A stretch of DNA of 59,435 nt, filler included, from Stramenopiles sp. TOSAG23-6 (taxonomy: Eukaryota), in NCBI GenBank assembly GCA_900128565.1. It is 3 parts of 3 records of this genome, joined end to end, with 100 filler letters (N's around TTAATTAATTAA, not from the genome) between each part and the next. Parts side by side here need not be neighbours in the genome. Positions count along the whole stretch, not along the records: positions 19,889 to 39,652 come from LT636047.1; 2 more parts are not named here. The stretch is one strand, 5' to 3'. Position 1 is the first letter of the stretch; each line of letters begins with the position of its first letter. Shown piece after piece: positions 21,163 through 32,399 of the stretch. A program made the position numbers and the translations under genes. The notes beneath the pieces are model-generated. The model did not search any database and was not told the origin of the DNA. It was given only the letters and a program-made list of their open reading frames with translations.

Positions 21163-22317
21163 TTATACTGGAATATTAAACTTATATTCAAATGTTTTCC
21201 TCAATTCTTTAACAAATGTTAGAGTAGACAGTAAATTTTGAGGGACATACTTTAATGCGTTCTTGCGTTCGTGATCATATTTCAATGCTTTAAAAACAGA
21301 CAACATGAATTCAGAATTATTATAAAAAGCCTCTGATGCATGTTTAAGTGCATAAGGTTTTGATTTAACAGCCGCCAATACAACTTGAAGATCACCATGT
21401 AGCTCTTCTGATGCATGTTGAAGTGCATAGCCATTAGCTTTAACAGCCGCCAATACAACTTCGCGATCACCACGTAAATCATCTGATGCATATTTCAAGA
21501 TTGTAGAATTCCATTCCCCATTTGAAAGAGCCGCCAATACAAAATTACGTTGAGAACGAAATGATTCAGGTAAAAATTTGATTATTCCTCCACATTTTTG
21601 TAGTGCAGAAATCACAAAATTAGGGTCAGACTTCAAAGGTGGTGATGCATGTTTGAAAGCAAATTCATATGCACTATCTGCATTCAAAACAGCCAAAATA
21701 AATCTTCGATTTGCACGAAATTCTTTAGGTACAATGTTTTTAAAGAAATTTTCTTTGAATCCCAAGTTAAATTCACGCCAACCCGAGGTGCCCGTTTGAT
21801 ACGTATAACTTAAATAATCAAGAACTTTTTCTGGAAAATAAAAGCATTTTTCTGGTATATCTTCGGATACGTATGACGCGATATATCGCGCAACACCTAC
21901 TGGTAATCTCTTTGATTCGTCCTGGGAATAGTGCAAACCTTTTAAAGCACTCAATCGTTGTCTTATAAAGTATTCCTTTACACAAGGAATGATTTGTTCC
22001 GCTCTCCTTTGCGCAGTATTCGAAGAAAGGCTATGGTAGACGAAACTCCGAGAACTCCGAAAACTCGAAAACTTTAGTTCATACTCATTACCATTGTAGG
22101 GCGAAAGTTTATCCGTCGGATCAGTTGGGTAAAGCATAGCTTTCAATACGTTGTTCTTGGTGTTCTTTGCAATAGAATCATCCTTCAAAACAGCTTGGAT
22201 TCCTTCTTCGCTTTGAGCAATTTTCTCCAAAATTGCGATATAATTGACTGTCGCAGAAATTCGAGAGTAATTGCATAGAGCTACAACTACAACAATATAA
22301 AGCTTATTTATGCACAT
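21163..22317 (-). CDS. DUF4116 repeat protein with a hydrophobic N-terminus
   Basis: ASDDLRGDREVVLAAVKANGYALQHASEELHGDLQVVLAAVKSKPYALKHAS. Confidence 0.85.
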   Translation of the reverse strand: MCINKLYIVVVVALCNYSRISATVNYIAILEKIAQSEEGIQAVLKDDSIAKNTKNNVLKAMLYPTDPTDKLSPYNGNEYELKFSSFRSSRSFVYHSLSSNTAQRRAEQIIPCVKEYFIRQRLSALKGLHYSQDESKRLPVGVARYIASYVSEDIPEKCFYFPEKVLDYLSYTYQTGTSGWREFNLGFKENFFKNIVPKEFRANRRFILAVLNADSAYEFAFKHASPPLKSDPNFVISALQKCGGIIKFLPESFRSQRNFVLAALSNGEWNSTILKYASDDLRGDREVVLAAVKANGYALQHASEELHGDLQVVLAAVKSKPYALKHASEAFYNNSEFMLSVFKALKYDHERKNALKYVPQNLLSTLTFVKELRKTFEYKFNIPV

Positions 22318-22671
22318 GACTCACAAGGACTTGTTCGATAAAGTTACAGCTGAAGTGATGTATGTAATTACAGGTGGCGATTAGTGAAAAGCAGGCGTCG
22401 TATAACCTAATAGTAGGAAAACAAGTTCACACGGGCTTCACACACCTTCATGGTCGTATATTAAATATTTGTCGTTATTGGTAGTATATTTGACCTTATT
22501 GGTAATATATTTGACATCTTTGGAGAAACTCGTGTGACGGTCACAACAGACACGATACCCGGTTCCTCTATCTTTTTACGTAACGCATAAAAGGACATTG
22601 ACATTTGTTCTTCTTTCCATACCAAAATTTATTCAATACTAACTAGAGCTACACCCAGCAATATTTGCATA

Positions 22672-23880
22672 ATGGGTGCTATCATCAATAAACTCGCTGC
22701 TGATAAGGACGAGGTGGCAAAAGTAATTCGCAAGCATATCCGTGCACTAAAGGAACATGAGGAAGATCCTAGTTCAATAGACAAAATGTCAGAAATGATT
22801 CACGTACCTCTAGTGTATAGAACAACTCGAGCTAAAATAGTAAACGAAATGAATAAAGAAGGAGTATTTGATATACTTCTTAAAATGATTGATGAATGCT
22901 TTCCAGAGATGGACCGGCCTCATATGGTGGTAGCCACTTTAATTTTTTTAAGAGTTGCAGGGCAAGATAAAGACGGTGCTTTACTTATAACAAAGAAAAA
23001 GGGTTTAAAAGTCATTACTAGAGTCAAAGCTGTGTTTGCTGATGACGAGTATATTCCTGAGGAATGTGACCTGACAATGAAAAAAATAAAAAAATCAAAC
23101 GAGGGTAACGTTCGGGAGCATGCTAAGCAACTACAACTTGCTGCAAAGAGGGGCTCAGTTGCAAAAGTGGTGAGGATGTTTGAAGATAGTTTGGAAGTAG
23201 AAGACGTGTGCATGGTATCGATTGATTCAATATACGATTTGGCCAGTGACGAAAATCACTTGGAAACCTTACGATTTCATACAGAAGGACTAGAAATGAA
23301 AATAATACAAGCACTTTTAAATTTTCCAGATAACAAGCAAATGTATTGCCGTGGTATACTAATATTAACTTCTTTATTAACTGGTGAAGGCAAACGTTTT
23401 ATAACACTCCGTGCAAAAGTAGGAAAATCTGGAGGAGTTAAAGTAGCTTGCAAAGCACTTCAAACCTTTCCTAAATCACTTGACGTTATCCGGCAGAGTA
23501 TATGGTTTCTTGATGAAGTTCTTCAACACGATGGTAATGTTTTTGCATTTATTCATGAAAATGGCCCTCAACGATATCAAGAGGTTCTTGCGTTGCGTCA
23601 AAAACTAGATGACCCTGGAGAAATATTTCTACCCAAAAAATTGAAATTATTAATGGAAAAACGTATATCAACGTTTCAAGAGGATTACAAAAGAGTTGCA
23701 AAAGCAAAGGCTGCAGATGCAAAACGATTGGCGCAGGAGAAAATTCGTTTGAGATTAGCTCAAGAAGAAGCAAATAGACTTCGTGCCAAGAAAGTAGCAA
23801 AACCATCAAAGGCAGAGATTCAAGCACGAAGTAAGAAAATGAAGGATTTGATGAAATTAGGTAAAAATGTTTCATCATAA
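22672..23880 (+). CDS. Armadillo-like helical repeat protein with a basic coiled-coil tail
   Basis: 402-aa ORF with ARM-like segments such as VGKSGGVKVACKALQTFPKSLDVIRQSIWFL. Confidence 0.6.
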   Translation: MGAIINKLAADKDEVAKVIRKHIRALKEHEEDPSSIDKMSEMIHVPLVYRTTRAKIVNEMNKEGVFDILLKMIDECFPEMDRPHMVVATLIFLRVAGQDKDGALLITKKKGLKVITRVKAVFADDEYIPEECDLTMKKIKKSNEGNVREHAKQLQLAAKRGSVAKVVRMFEDSLEVEDVCMVSIDSIYDLASDENHLETLRFHTEGLEMKIIQALLNFPDNKQMYCRGILILTSLLTGEGKRFITLRAKVGKSGGVKVACKALQTFPKSLDVIRQSIWFLDEVLQHDGNVFAFIHENGPQRYQEVLALRQKLDDPGEIFLPKKLKLLMEKRISTFQEDYKRVAKAKAADAKRLAQEKIRLRLAQEEANRLRAKKVAKPSKAEIQARSKKMKDLMKLGKNVSS

Positions 23881-24004
23881 ATAAATAAGCTTGTATGTAT
23901 AAGAGTAAGAAAAGTATATTTTATCGTTTATTAATTTATCATTTATCAACTGATTCTATATAATTTAATCATGAATCTATTATAAATTATTTTCTTTATG
24001 ACTA

Positions 24005-24646
24005 TTATATCTTTGGTAATTTTGATGACAATGCTTCATCTAGAAAAGTTTTTACAGATGATTTACTATTAAAAGATGAACGGGCAGTGTCTGTAAATTG
24101 CTTTTGTTTTTGTGCAACTTGATGACGAAGATTTAATAAGCTTTCATCAATCTTTGCATTTTTAATGGTACAAGAATCCGCATATCCAGAAAGCCCAACA
24201 AGTGCGGCACAAGCAAATACGCGTAATGAACTATCAGTGTGGTTTCGCATGATTGTTAATATCCCCGAGACTCCACCTGAAGCTACTATTTTTCTAGCTG
24301 CAATAACACCACCAAAGGCAGTGAAATCACAAAAAAATCGACACGCACTTTCTTGAACTTTTGGTGATCGGGAATGTACATACATTGCTTGTATTACGCA
24401 CTCTACACATCCTGAGTCTAATAAAGCTTTTATACCAGATGAAGCGACAGCTTTTCTATTTAGGTTTGCTCTTTCATTGCAAGCACCAATATATGCAACT
24501 AATAAGTTGCAAAGTTTCGTTTGTACAGTTGGATCTAAAGCACCTTTCTGCATCCTGGCCGTTATTTTCAACGGTGAAGGAATAGATTTAAAGATATTAT
24601 TAATAGTGCGAGTTGCACTCTTTTCCCGTGATGATACTGGAAACAT
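24005..24646 (-). CDS. ARM-repeat protein
   Basis: GCVECVIQAMYVHSRSPKVQESACRFF and IVASGGVSGILTIMRNH...ACAALVGL. Confidence 0.6.
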   Translation of the reverse strand: MFPVSSREKSATRTINNIFKSIPSPLKITARMQKGALDPTVQTKLCNLLVAYIGACNERANLNRKAVASSGIKALLDSGCVECVIQAMYVHSRSPKVQESACRFFCDFTAFGGVIAARKIVASGGVSGILTIMRNHTDSSLRVFACAALVGLSGYADSCTIKNAKIDESLLNLRHQVAQKQKQFTDTARSSFNSKSSVKTFLDEALSSKLPKI

Positions 24647-25109
24647 TCTTTGCTCTATAGTGTAGCCTAGTAGTGACAGAGGTCTTCTAAATAGTCTATA
24701 GCAGCAATATTATAATTACGTGTATGAGTAGATACTATAGATGAATATAGAAGTCGAAAGTATAGTAGTACGTAGTACAAATTACTAACAGTTTCATTTC
24801 ATTTTTTCAAGATTTTTTTTGATAAAAAAAACTGCCGAATTTCGAATTTAAATTCATTTTTTTCTTCCTCAATATGTTTTATCTGTGTCAATTTTCACGT
24901 GATACTTCGATTAGAATACAACCTCTTACAATGCACGACGATGCAAATAATCATTTAGTTTATATATATAGTAATGAAATAGATGAAGAAGACGTTGAAT
25001 TTAAAAAAAAAATNAAAAAAAAAAAAAAAAAAAAATTTTTTTTTTTACGAAAAGTATCAAAAGTATACAATGTTCTACAGCGAAAAAAGTAAAAAGGAAA
25101 CACGAAATC

Positions 25110-25181
25110 TGAGGACGGAGGGATTTGAACCCCCAACCTTTTGATCTGGAATCAAACGCGCTGCCGTTGCGCCACGTCCCC
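25110..25181 (-). tRNA. tRNA-Trp (CCA)
   Basis: GGGGACGTGGCGCAACGGCAGCGCGTTTGATTCCAGATCAAAAGGTTGGGGGTTCAAATCCCTCCGTCCTCA: 7-bp acceptor stem, 5-bp anticodon stem around TTCCAGA, T-loop TTCAAAT; T-rich tract downstream. Confidence 0.95.
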
Positions 25182-25387
25182 GTTGTGGTTTCAAGTCTTC
25201 TTCAATACATTTAAATAGTTTTTTTTTTTTTTGATTTTTTTTTTTTTTTTGCGTTACCGGGTATCGCTCAAATGATCCTAGAACACGTGTTTCTGTTAGT
25301 ACCTACAGTACGTAGAAACATACAAGAGACTTCTTTTCCAAAAGTACTACAAAATACACTGAATAAATAAAGAAAACTACATTGTAC

Positions 25388-27040
25388 ATGAATTTTGGTC
25401 GTTTGATTGTACGCCCATGCTTCCTTTTATTACTGATTATTCTAACTTCTTTGATTGAAGTAAGTAACTCAGTCAATCATACCTTGCACATTGAACAAAA
25501 GTTTCCCGATGAGCTTCTTAATGGAGGTGTCATGGCAATACCAGGTAATATAAACAACAATGGTGCTCTACTCATTTTAGATGATAAATACAGCATCAAA
25601 GATTTAAAAGTTAGTAATTTATACGTGAGAAGAATCGAAATTGAGACACACGAAGAGAAAGAGTTAAGACAAATACAAAATCACAAGGAAACTAATGAGG
25701 AAATAATAAATGAGAACCAACAAACCACAAGAAGTGTCTCGCAGAGTGTTCAATATTCGCGTATAGAGGTTGATGGACTAGGTGCTGATATTATGTTTAC
25801 GGTGGTGAGTCGGGGTAAGTTTTTTAACAGTGAGACACGCTACAAATTGAGACTTTTACCGGACCATGGTAACTCGTCTTATCCGATGACGACTTTAAAG
25901 TTACATTTAAGAACAACTTCGTTACCTGGAAAAAATCCATTCATCCGACAGGCATACATTGGTCCTGCTGGAATAGAATTCCAACAAACGACAAATCTTA
26001 AACATGATATACTAGATACTTCGAAGCTCATCATTGGCAAATTTGACCTTTCTAGTACGGAAGCAAAATCGTCGTCTACTATAGCTAATTTATTTAATAT
26101 GGCAATTTCAAAAGTGGGTAGTTCAGTTGTGTCTGGTGACCAAACGAAATTACTAATGACTGAAGCGGGGGAGGAAATAGTGAATGGCGTAATTAACAGA
26201 GCATTGGCTGTATTTCTTTGCCAGTTTACTAATCGTTCTTTAGAAGTTTCGACAATTTCTGAGACTTCAAATTCTTTTAGTCTCTGGAATTTGATTAATC
26301 CATTTCCTACTAACTCACTTCGTAGGTCTAATGATCGATCCTCCTCCTCTCAAATGCAAGTTAATCTAGAAAACCCAATGGATTATGTTTTTCAGAACTT
26401 GGATTTTTTGGCACTCTCTGATACAATATGGAACGTCGCTTCACGTGCTTATTTTCAAACATATGTAGAAACTGATGAAAATAAATACAACACTGAAATT
26501 GATCAAAAATACAACACTGAAATTGATAAAAGTGATAAAAGTGATAAAAGTGATAAAAGTGATAAAATTAAAATTGAGGAAACGAATCAGATACAAAAGA
26601 GACTTCACGAAATAGAACAAAATCAAATTGAGTTAGAAAGGGAAAAACTTGAATTAAAGAGAAAACTTCGAATGAAAAAAAGTCAATCTGATCCAGCCAA
26701 GGTTCGACCAGAATTTGATCCAACCAAGGTTCGACCAGATTTAAATGTATATATTGGCGGAATGATGGGTTTTTTCAAATTTAGTTCATCTGAAATTAAA
26801 AGTAGCCATTCTTCTTTTAGAGGTCGTCAAATTCCAGTCATTCCGTCATTACTTTTTCCAATTGGAGAAATTTCAAAATATCCAATTGTTTTAAACAATT
26901 CCTTCATTTCAAACATTTCAAAAAATCCATTAGATTCAAAGTTTCTACCTGGAATAAGTTCATTTATGCAGCCTCCAAAGAAAGATTCACCAAGTGTGGT
27001 TACATTTCTAAAGTATCTTTTGGATCCAAATGGTAAATAA
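25388..27040 (+). CDS. Uncharacterised secreted or membrane protein with a coiled coil and short internal repeats
   Basis: Signal-peptide-like FLLLLIILTSLIEVSNS; KYNTEID x2, (DKS)n, DP.KVRP x2. Confidence 0.6.
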   Translation: MNFGRLIVRPCFLLLLIILTSLIEVSNSVNHTLHIEQKFPDELLNGGVMAIPGNINNNGALLILDDKYSIKDLKVSNLYVRRIEIETHEEKELRQIQNHKETNEEIINENQQTTRSVSQSVQYSRIEVDGLGADIMFTVVSRGKFFNSETRYKLRLLPDHGNSSYPMTTLKLHLRTTSLPGKNPFIRQAYIGPAGIEFQQTTNLKHDILDTSKLIIGKFDLSSTEAKSSSTIANLFNMAISKVGSSVVSGDQTKLLMTEAGEEIVNGVINRALAVFLCQFTNRSLEVSTISETSNSFSLWNLINPFPTNSLRRSNDRSSSSQMQVNLENPMDYVFQNLDFLALSDTIWNVASRAYFQTYVETDENKYNTEIDQKYNTEIDKSDKSDKSDKSDKIKIEETNQIQKRLHEIEQNQIELEREKLELKRKLRMKKSQSDPAKVRPEFDPTKVRPDLNVYIGGMMGFFKFSSSEIKSSHSSFRGRQIPVIPSLLFPIGEISKYPIVLNNSFISNISKNPLDSKFLPGISSFMQPPKKDSPSVVTFLKYLLDPNGK

Positions 27041-27327
27041 AAGTCTGAAATCATTTATTTTTGTGAATCGTATTGGTTTATTTTGTTTTTTATTATATGT
27101 TTTTTCGTGTTTTGATTTGAATAAATAGCAAGTGTGCCACGCGATACGGTAACAGTTACATTTTTAGGGTATACATGTATCATATTCTATAATACGAATG
27201 TTCCTGTAATTAAGAATATATAAAATCCTCTAGCTAGAGATTCAAATGATCCAACATCATATTTAGAACTTGCTTATACTTAGAGGTTATGAGTCGTTTA
27301 CGCTTCTGCTGTAATTAGAAATAAATC

Positions 27328-30300
27328 ATGGACGCGTTACTTTTAGCTGAGAAAGAAGCGCAGAAGCTAAAAGATGCAGCAATTGACTTGACAATGACGA
27401 ACGATATGCTAAAGGTATTCAGACAAGAAGTAGAACGACGTGTAGATAAACAACACTTAAAGGACAAAATGTTGGCATTTCGTCGCATAAAGCGTTTTGA
27501 GCAAGAGTCTGCGGTAAAAGTTTTTACTGGATATCAACAGTTATGGGTTGTCACTCGAAGCCACCAACTCTGGGTAAATGGACGTGGTGATGTTGGTCAA
27601 CTTGGTTTCGGAAAGATTGATGAAGTCAGCAACCCAAAACGACTTGCATTTGTAATTTGGTCTAAAGATAAATCACCAGCAGAAATTGGCGTTTCAATGG
27701 TTGCTGTCGGCATGAAGCATACAATTGTTTTAACTAACCTTGGGGACGTATTTACTTTTGGCGATAATCACAAAGGACAATTAGGTTTCCCTGGTAGCGT
27801 AGGTACAGTACAGTATGTTCCAATGCCACTGCGAATCCCCAATATACCTAGTAAAATCAAGGGTTTCCCAAGTGAAAAACCAACTGTGTTACAAATTGCG
27901 GCAGGCTTGGCGCATTCAATGATACTCACTTCAAGTGGTTGTGTATTTTCTTTTGGTAGTGGAAGTCGAGGACAGCTTGGACATAAAGGATTAAACGATG
28001 AAAATTCACCACGTATAATATCTACCTTACATGATACACATGACGCACACATCGCAGAAATATGCTGCGGTAACTTCTTTTCTGTTGCTCGATCTCGTGA
28101 AGGTGATGTTTGGACTTGGGGTCAATCTGTATGTACAGGCCGAGGAAATCCTTTAGGGCTAGGAAATCCAGAGGAAAAAGTTGACTATAAAAATCCTGAG
28201 ATCCAATTAACTTCATCGAGGCCAAACATTTTGCGTTTCTTTGATACTAAAGAGGTTACTGCTATCTGTGCAGGAGAACGACATTCTTTATTTTGCCTTT
28301 CAAATGGCGAGGTCTATGCTACAGGTGACAATGAATCGGGTCAATTAGGACTTGGTCATACATCACCAGTTCATACTCCATGTATGGTAGTAGGATTACC
28401 TCGGTGCGGTATTCGAAAAGTTGCAGCCGGTTCTAGGCATTCCGCCATTTTAGATAATGATTTGAGACTTTGGTGTTTTGGGGCTACAGATCATAACAGA
28501 TTAGGGTTCAATGCACCGTCTGCAGGATTCTTACAAACTACACCTAAAGTTGTTCAAAATATATTAGCAAAGCTAAAAGATATGGATTTAGGCACGAATT
28601 TAATAGATAATCTTACAATAATTCCAACAGGTATTGAACAACGCTTGAATAGACACATTAAGAGTATAAATAAACTATGGAAGCAACCAAAATATGAAAT
28701 ATCTCCAGTAGGAGCAGTTCCATTGGTACGAAATCTTTTTATTCAAATTCGTGAAAAACTAAAACAATTGCAAATGAAAAATTTAAAGGTTCAATTTCGC
28801 CGAGATTTTCAGGAAGCAGATTATGATGGTAGTGGCGAGATTGATGCACTCGAAGTTCAACAGGCAGTTCGGTCAGCTGGAATGTTCATTTCAGTCATGC
28901 AAGCTGAAAAAATAATTGGAGATATAGATATTAATGGTGATAATGTTATCGATGAGAGTGAATATATTTCTTATATGATAGAGAAAACACTAGGCGGGCG
29001 TAAAATTGGTAATCCATTGATTCGTTTTTTTCATAGAATATTTAATAGAGTAAAGAAAGAAAACCCCATAAAATATCTTCCAATGAAAATGTTTGAAAAA
29101 GTATGGAATGAAGAATGTATGAAATACAATGCTTCTCTTCATGATGATACCTATAGTAAATGGTTTGATTCGATTCCCACTACTAGCAAGATCGTGACAG
29201 ATACCGAGACTGGAGTTAAACGAAAGCGGAAAAAAGACAAATTTGCATTTTTAGATGTTTCGTTTCAAATATCAACTGGTACTTTAGACTTTTACGGAAC
29301 TGAAATAACTCTAGATTTGATTAAATGTCTCCGAAATACGCTGACAACTGTTCCAATTGTCAAGGAACTTGTGTTTAGTAGGAATGAATTATCATTCCCT
29401 ATAGTTACTGAACTTGTAGAATTACTAAAATTTATCAAAAAGACTCAAAAAAATAAGGCTGGGCTTTGCTCGAAATGTGGCACATATCTTGAAGTGGAGG
29501 AGGTTGTTCTTGATACGACTCCCTGCTATAAATGTGGTACAAAAGTTGCAACTCCAATATATGTACTGAATAAGCTGACTTTTCCACGAGGTCTTGAGCG
29601 AGAACTAATATTTATCAAAGCAAAGGCGGATATTCTAAATTCATTCAGACATGCAATTGATGATAAATTCAATGGTTGTCCTGATGTAGAACCAATTACA
29701 CTTGGTGCTTTTCGAGATATGTTTAAAGAACATATCATGGAGTATAGAGAAGGAAGATTTTTTGGTGATTGGGAAGATAGACGGAAGAGCATTGTCTTGA
29801 TGCTATACAATAGAAGGGCAAAAAAGGATTGGATGCCGTTTTTTGATAAAGAAGGTATAAAATATCATTCAATTATTGTTACAACTGCGTGTACTAAGTT
29901 TCTGAAGCAAAATACAGAGGATATTGTGGCTGATATCTCACAATGGTTTCATGGTGATAAAAGTACATTTCGAAGTGATTCAGAAATAATGGCTATGCGT
30001 CAGAAGCTTTTGTGTAAATCCCGTAAGACTCTTCGAGGTACCTTCCTTCCCTGGCAACTTGCAGAGGATATGAGTATTTTAGCATTTCGACAAATGGCTG
30101 CAAATATTGATACTATCACTAAGCACTATATATCGATAAATTCATTGACTGTGATTGACTCGGTTTGTTGTGGAAGATTACATACTGCAGTAATCACAAA
30201 ATCAGGTGAAGTCTGGACTTGTGGACAACATCAAGGGGGTCAATTAGGATGCGGTTCCAAGTATCAGCAAATAGAAGCAGAGTATGTCAAAGCAAGTGAT

Positions 30301-31338
30301 GCTGTTGAGAGATTAAAGCAAGATACATTATTGAGACTCCGAAAGTATGCACAAGGACAATGGGTAGATGGTGAGTATATTGCACCCGATACAAGTGAAG
30401 CTGCGAGACTTCAATTCTTCACAGATCGAATTGCAGCAGTTATTGAAGAAGAGGAAGCGGTAAATAGTTTAAATGATTCGACAAGCCCACGCGCACAGAA
30501 AGCTGCAAAGCGACGTATTAAACAGTTGAGACAAGCTGAGCGAAAAAGAGAAGCAGCGGCACAAAAGGCAATGAGTGATGCACTTGTTCATGCACGAGAT
30601 GCAAAAGAAAAAGATTTAAATAAAATAACAAAGGAGGAAGAAGAGGAGGAAGAAGAAATGGACAGTACAGATATAGCACTTGCTGCTCGTCGAGGAGCAA
30701 AAGTAAAGGTTCAAAAGAAAAAAAAGAGACGAAAGAGTAAATCAAAGTCTGTAAAATTAAGTCGTAAACGAAGAGAAATAAATGAAGCACTTGTATATGG
30801 AAACCAACCAACAATGAATTCCAAAATGGATAATGGTGATAATAACGGTGGTGATGATAGGAATGATAATAATGGTGGTGGTGATAGAAATAATAATAAT
30901 GGTGGTGATGATAGAAATAATAATAATAATAATGTTGATGATGATGGAAATAATAATAATGGTAATGACAATGCGGATAGATTAAATAATGATATAAAAT
31001 CATTGCATCTTGAAATTGTACCAGAAGAACCTGAAAAAGTAATAACAGATAGCGCGCCTTTTTTAAAACAGCAAGAACAAGAAAAACAACAAGATGAGTC
31101 ATTGGATATTATTGCGTCACATCCATATCTTGTTGCTGGATCGGCGGTGATTGTTGACTATGATGGTACTCTTTATGAAGCCCAAATAATCGAAGTTAAT
31201 ACAGGAGTAAAAGCAAACAATGGTTTTGTTGATGTTGCGTATATAGAAAATGGGCAACATACTTCAACCGAACGAATTCCATTAGAACATGCACCAGCGA
31301 GAATAATGTCTACACAGATTCAACAAGACGTACCGTAG
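27328..31338 (+). CDS. RCC1-repeat protein with an EF-hand pair, CxxC pairs, Asn/Gly/Asp low complexity and a C-terminal Tudor/SH3-like segment
   Basis: Repeats such as VAVGMKHTIVLT..GDVFTFGDN.KGQLG; EF-hands DYDGSGEIDALE and DINGDNVIDESE; CSKC...CYKC. Confidence 0.85.
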   Translation: MDALLLAEKEAQKLKDAAIDLTMTNDMLKVFRQEVERRVDKQHLKDKMLAFRRIKRFEQESAVKVFTGYQQLWVVTRSHQLWVNGRGDVGQLGFGKIDEVSNPKRLAFVIWSKDKSPAEIGVSMVAVGMKHTIVLTNLGDVFTFGDNHKGQLGFPGSVGTVQYVPMPLRIPNIPSKIKGFPSEKPTVLQIAAGLAHSMILTSSGCVFSFGSGSRGQLGHKGLNDENSPRIISTLHDTHDAHIAEICCGNFFSVARSREGDVWTWGQSVCTGRGNPLGLGNPEEKVDYKNPEIQLTSSRPNILRFFDTKEVTAICAGERHSLFCLSNGEVYATGDNESGQLGLGHTSPVHTPCMVVGLPRCGIRKVAAGSRHSAILDNDLRLWCFGATDHNRLGFNAPSAGFLQTTPKVVQNILAKLKDMDLGTNLIDNLTIIPTGIEQRLNRHIKSINKLWKQPKYEISPVGAVPLVRNLFIQIREKLKQLQMKNLKVQFRRDFQEADYDGSGEIDALEVQQAVRSAGMFISVMQAEKIIGDIDINGDNVIDESEYISYMIEKTLGGRKIGNPLIRFFHRIFNRVKKENPIKYLPMKMFEKVWNEECMKYNASLHDDTYSKWFDSIPTTSKIVTDTETGVKRKRKKDKFAFLDVSFQISTGTLDFYGTEITLDLIKCLRNTLTTVPIVKELVFSRNELSFPIVTELVELLKFIKKTQKNKAGLCSKCGTYLEVEEVVLDTTPCYKCGTKVATPIYVLNKLTFPRGLERELIFIKAKADILNSFRHAIDDKFNGCPDVEPITLGAFRDMFKEHIMEYREGRFFGDWEDRRKSIVLMLYNRRAKKDWMPFFDKEGIKYHSIIVTTACTKFLKQNTEDIVADISQWFHGDKSTFRSDSEIMAMRQKLLCKSRKTLRGTFLPWQLAEDMSILAFRQMAANIDTITKHYISINSLTVIDSVCCGRLHTAVITKSGEVWTCGQHQGGQLGCGSKYQQIEAEYVKASDAVERLKQDTLLRLRKYAQGQWVDGEYIAPDTSEAARLQFFTDRIAAVIEEEEAVNSLNDSTSPRAQKAAKRRIKQLRQAERKREAAAQKAMSDALVHARDAKEKDLNKITKEEEEEEEEMDSTDIALAARRGAKVKVQKKKKRRKSKSKSVKLSRKRREINEALVYGNQPTMNSKMDNGDNNGGDDRNDNNGGGDRNNNNGGDDRNNNNNNVDDDGNNNNGNDNADRLNNDIKSLHLEIVPEEPEKVITDSAPFLKQQEQEKQQDESLDIIASHPYLVAGSAVIVDYDGTLYEAQIIEVNTGVKANNGFVDVAYIENGQHTSTERIPLEHAPARIMSTQIQQDVP

Positions 31339-31656
31339 AATTTAAATTAAATAAAGCATTTTTTTGACGTAAATGAATTCATCATATAGTAATATATATG
31401 TTGTAGGCTATGCTGTATTATATGTGATATCTACAACGTAGTACATACAGTAGCTAGTAGCTACCTACACGAGATAGTAGGGTATCGATCGCGATCAATC
31501 AGTACCGGCGATTTTTGTCAATTTTTGACTGCCGCTGACTCGAATGCACGAAGACGAGCAGAGGTACTTCTCCAGTGGTACCCACGTATGTACCAGAATC
31601 TACAGTAGGCAATTACATTTTACTGTTGTACAACAGACTTTACACTAGCTGACAAT

Positions 31657-32349
31657 ATGCCTACTGATGAAAGCTTGTTGAATTGCTCATCAATGCCTTG
31701 TACATTATTTGCCAGTCTATCCCGCCTTCAAATTTGGGAAAAACTTTCGGACCCGAATGAAGAGTTGACAATTCTTTTACTAGGCGCAGGTTTCAAAGAA
31801 GGTGCAAACGCGGACTCAACTGCTAAGATATTTGAACCATTTTTTGAGTTAGTCATGGAGAAAACATCTCATCGGCGTATTAGTTTAGTTTTAGTTGGTA
31901 CAGAGTGTAGTGGTTTGATGAAACCAGCAGTATCTGAAGTATGGTATAAACAATTACGTCTTCATATTATCCATCAGTACGGTTTGTACCACAACATTCA
32001 ACCTAGTTTAACTGCATTTTTAGCCACTGCAAATAAAGGTACCCATGTTGATCTTGCATGCTGTTTCAATGCTGGCGTATGGGGATATGAATCATGGGAA
32101 AAAACTTTCCAAATGTTGCGTTGTAAATATAGATGTCCTATACTTGTCACTTCATATAACAAATTAGAGTCGGAGTCTGATTATGACGCTATTGAAGCAA
32201 TGAACGCTTCAAATGATATTGGAAATATAGAAAGATTTTGTTGGCATTGGGAAAATGAGCTAAACCCATCTCGTTCTCTGTCACAAATTGATAGTTTACA
32301 CAAAGGAGAAAAGCTCGCAGATAACGCATACTGGCAGTGTATATTTTAG
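31657..32349 (+). CDS. MSS51/ZMYND15 C-terminal-like domain protein
   Basis: DLACCFNAGVWGYESW...PILVTSYN..E...D and ELNPSRS motifs. Confidence 0.65.
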   Translation: MPTDESLLNCSSMPCTLFASLSRLQIWEKLSDPNEELTILLLGAGFKEGANADSTAKIFEPFFELVMEKTSHRRISLVLVGTECSGLMKPAVSEVWYKQLRLHIIHQYGLYHNIQPSLTAFLATANKGTHVDLACCFNAGVWGYESWEKTFQMLRCKYRCPILVTSYNKLESESDYDAIEAMNASNDIGNIERFCWHWENELNPSRSLSQIDSLHKGEKLADNAYWQCIF

Positions 32350-32399
32350 TCAAAAATTATTACAAATTGTAGATATAGATTACCAAAAATAAAATTAAA

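Noticed and set aside
24874-25092. 72-aa ORF next to the tRNA
   Set aside because: It is low-complexity A/T sequence containing an N, with no coding signal.
25110-25181. Stop-codon reassignment explaining the broken ORFs
   Set aside because: tRNA-Trp has a normal CCA anticodon and 5-bp stem; TAA, TAG and TGA all terminate conserved genes; the breaks coincide with introns.
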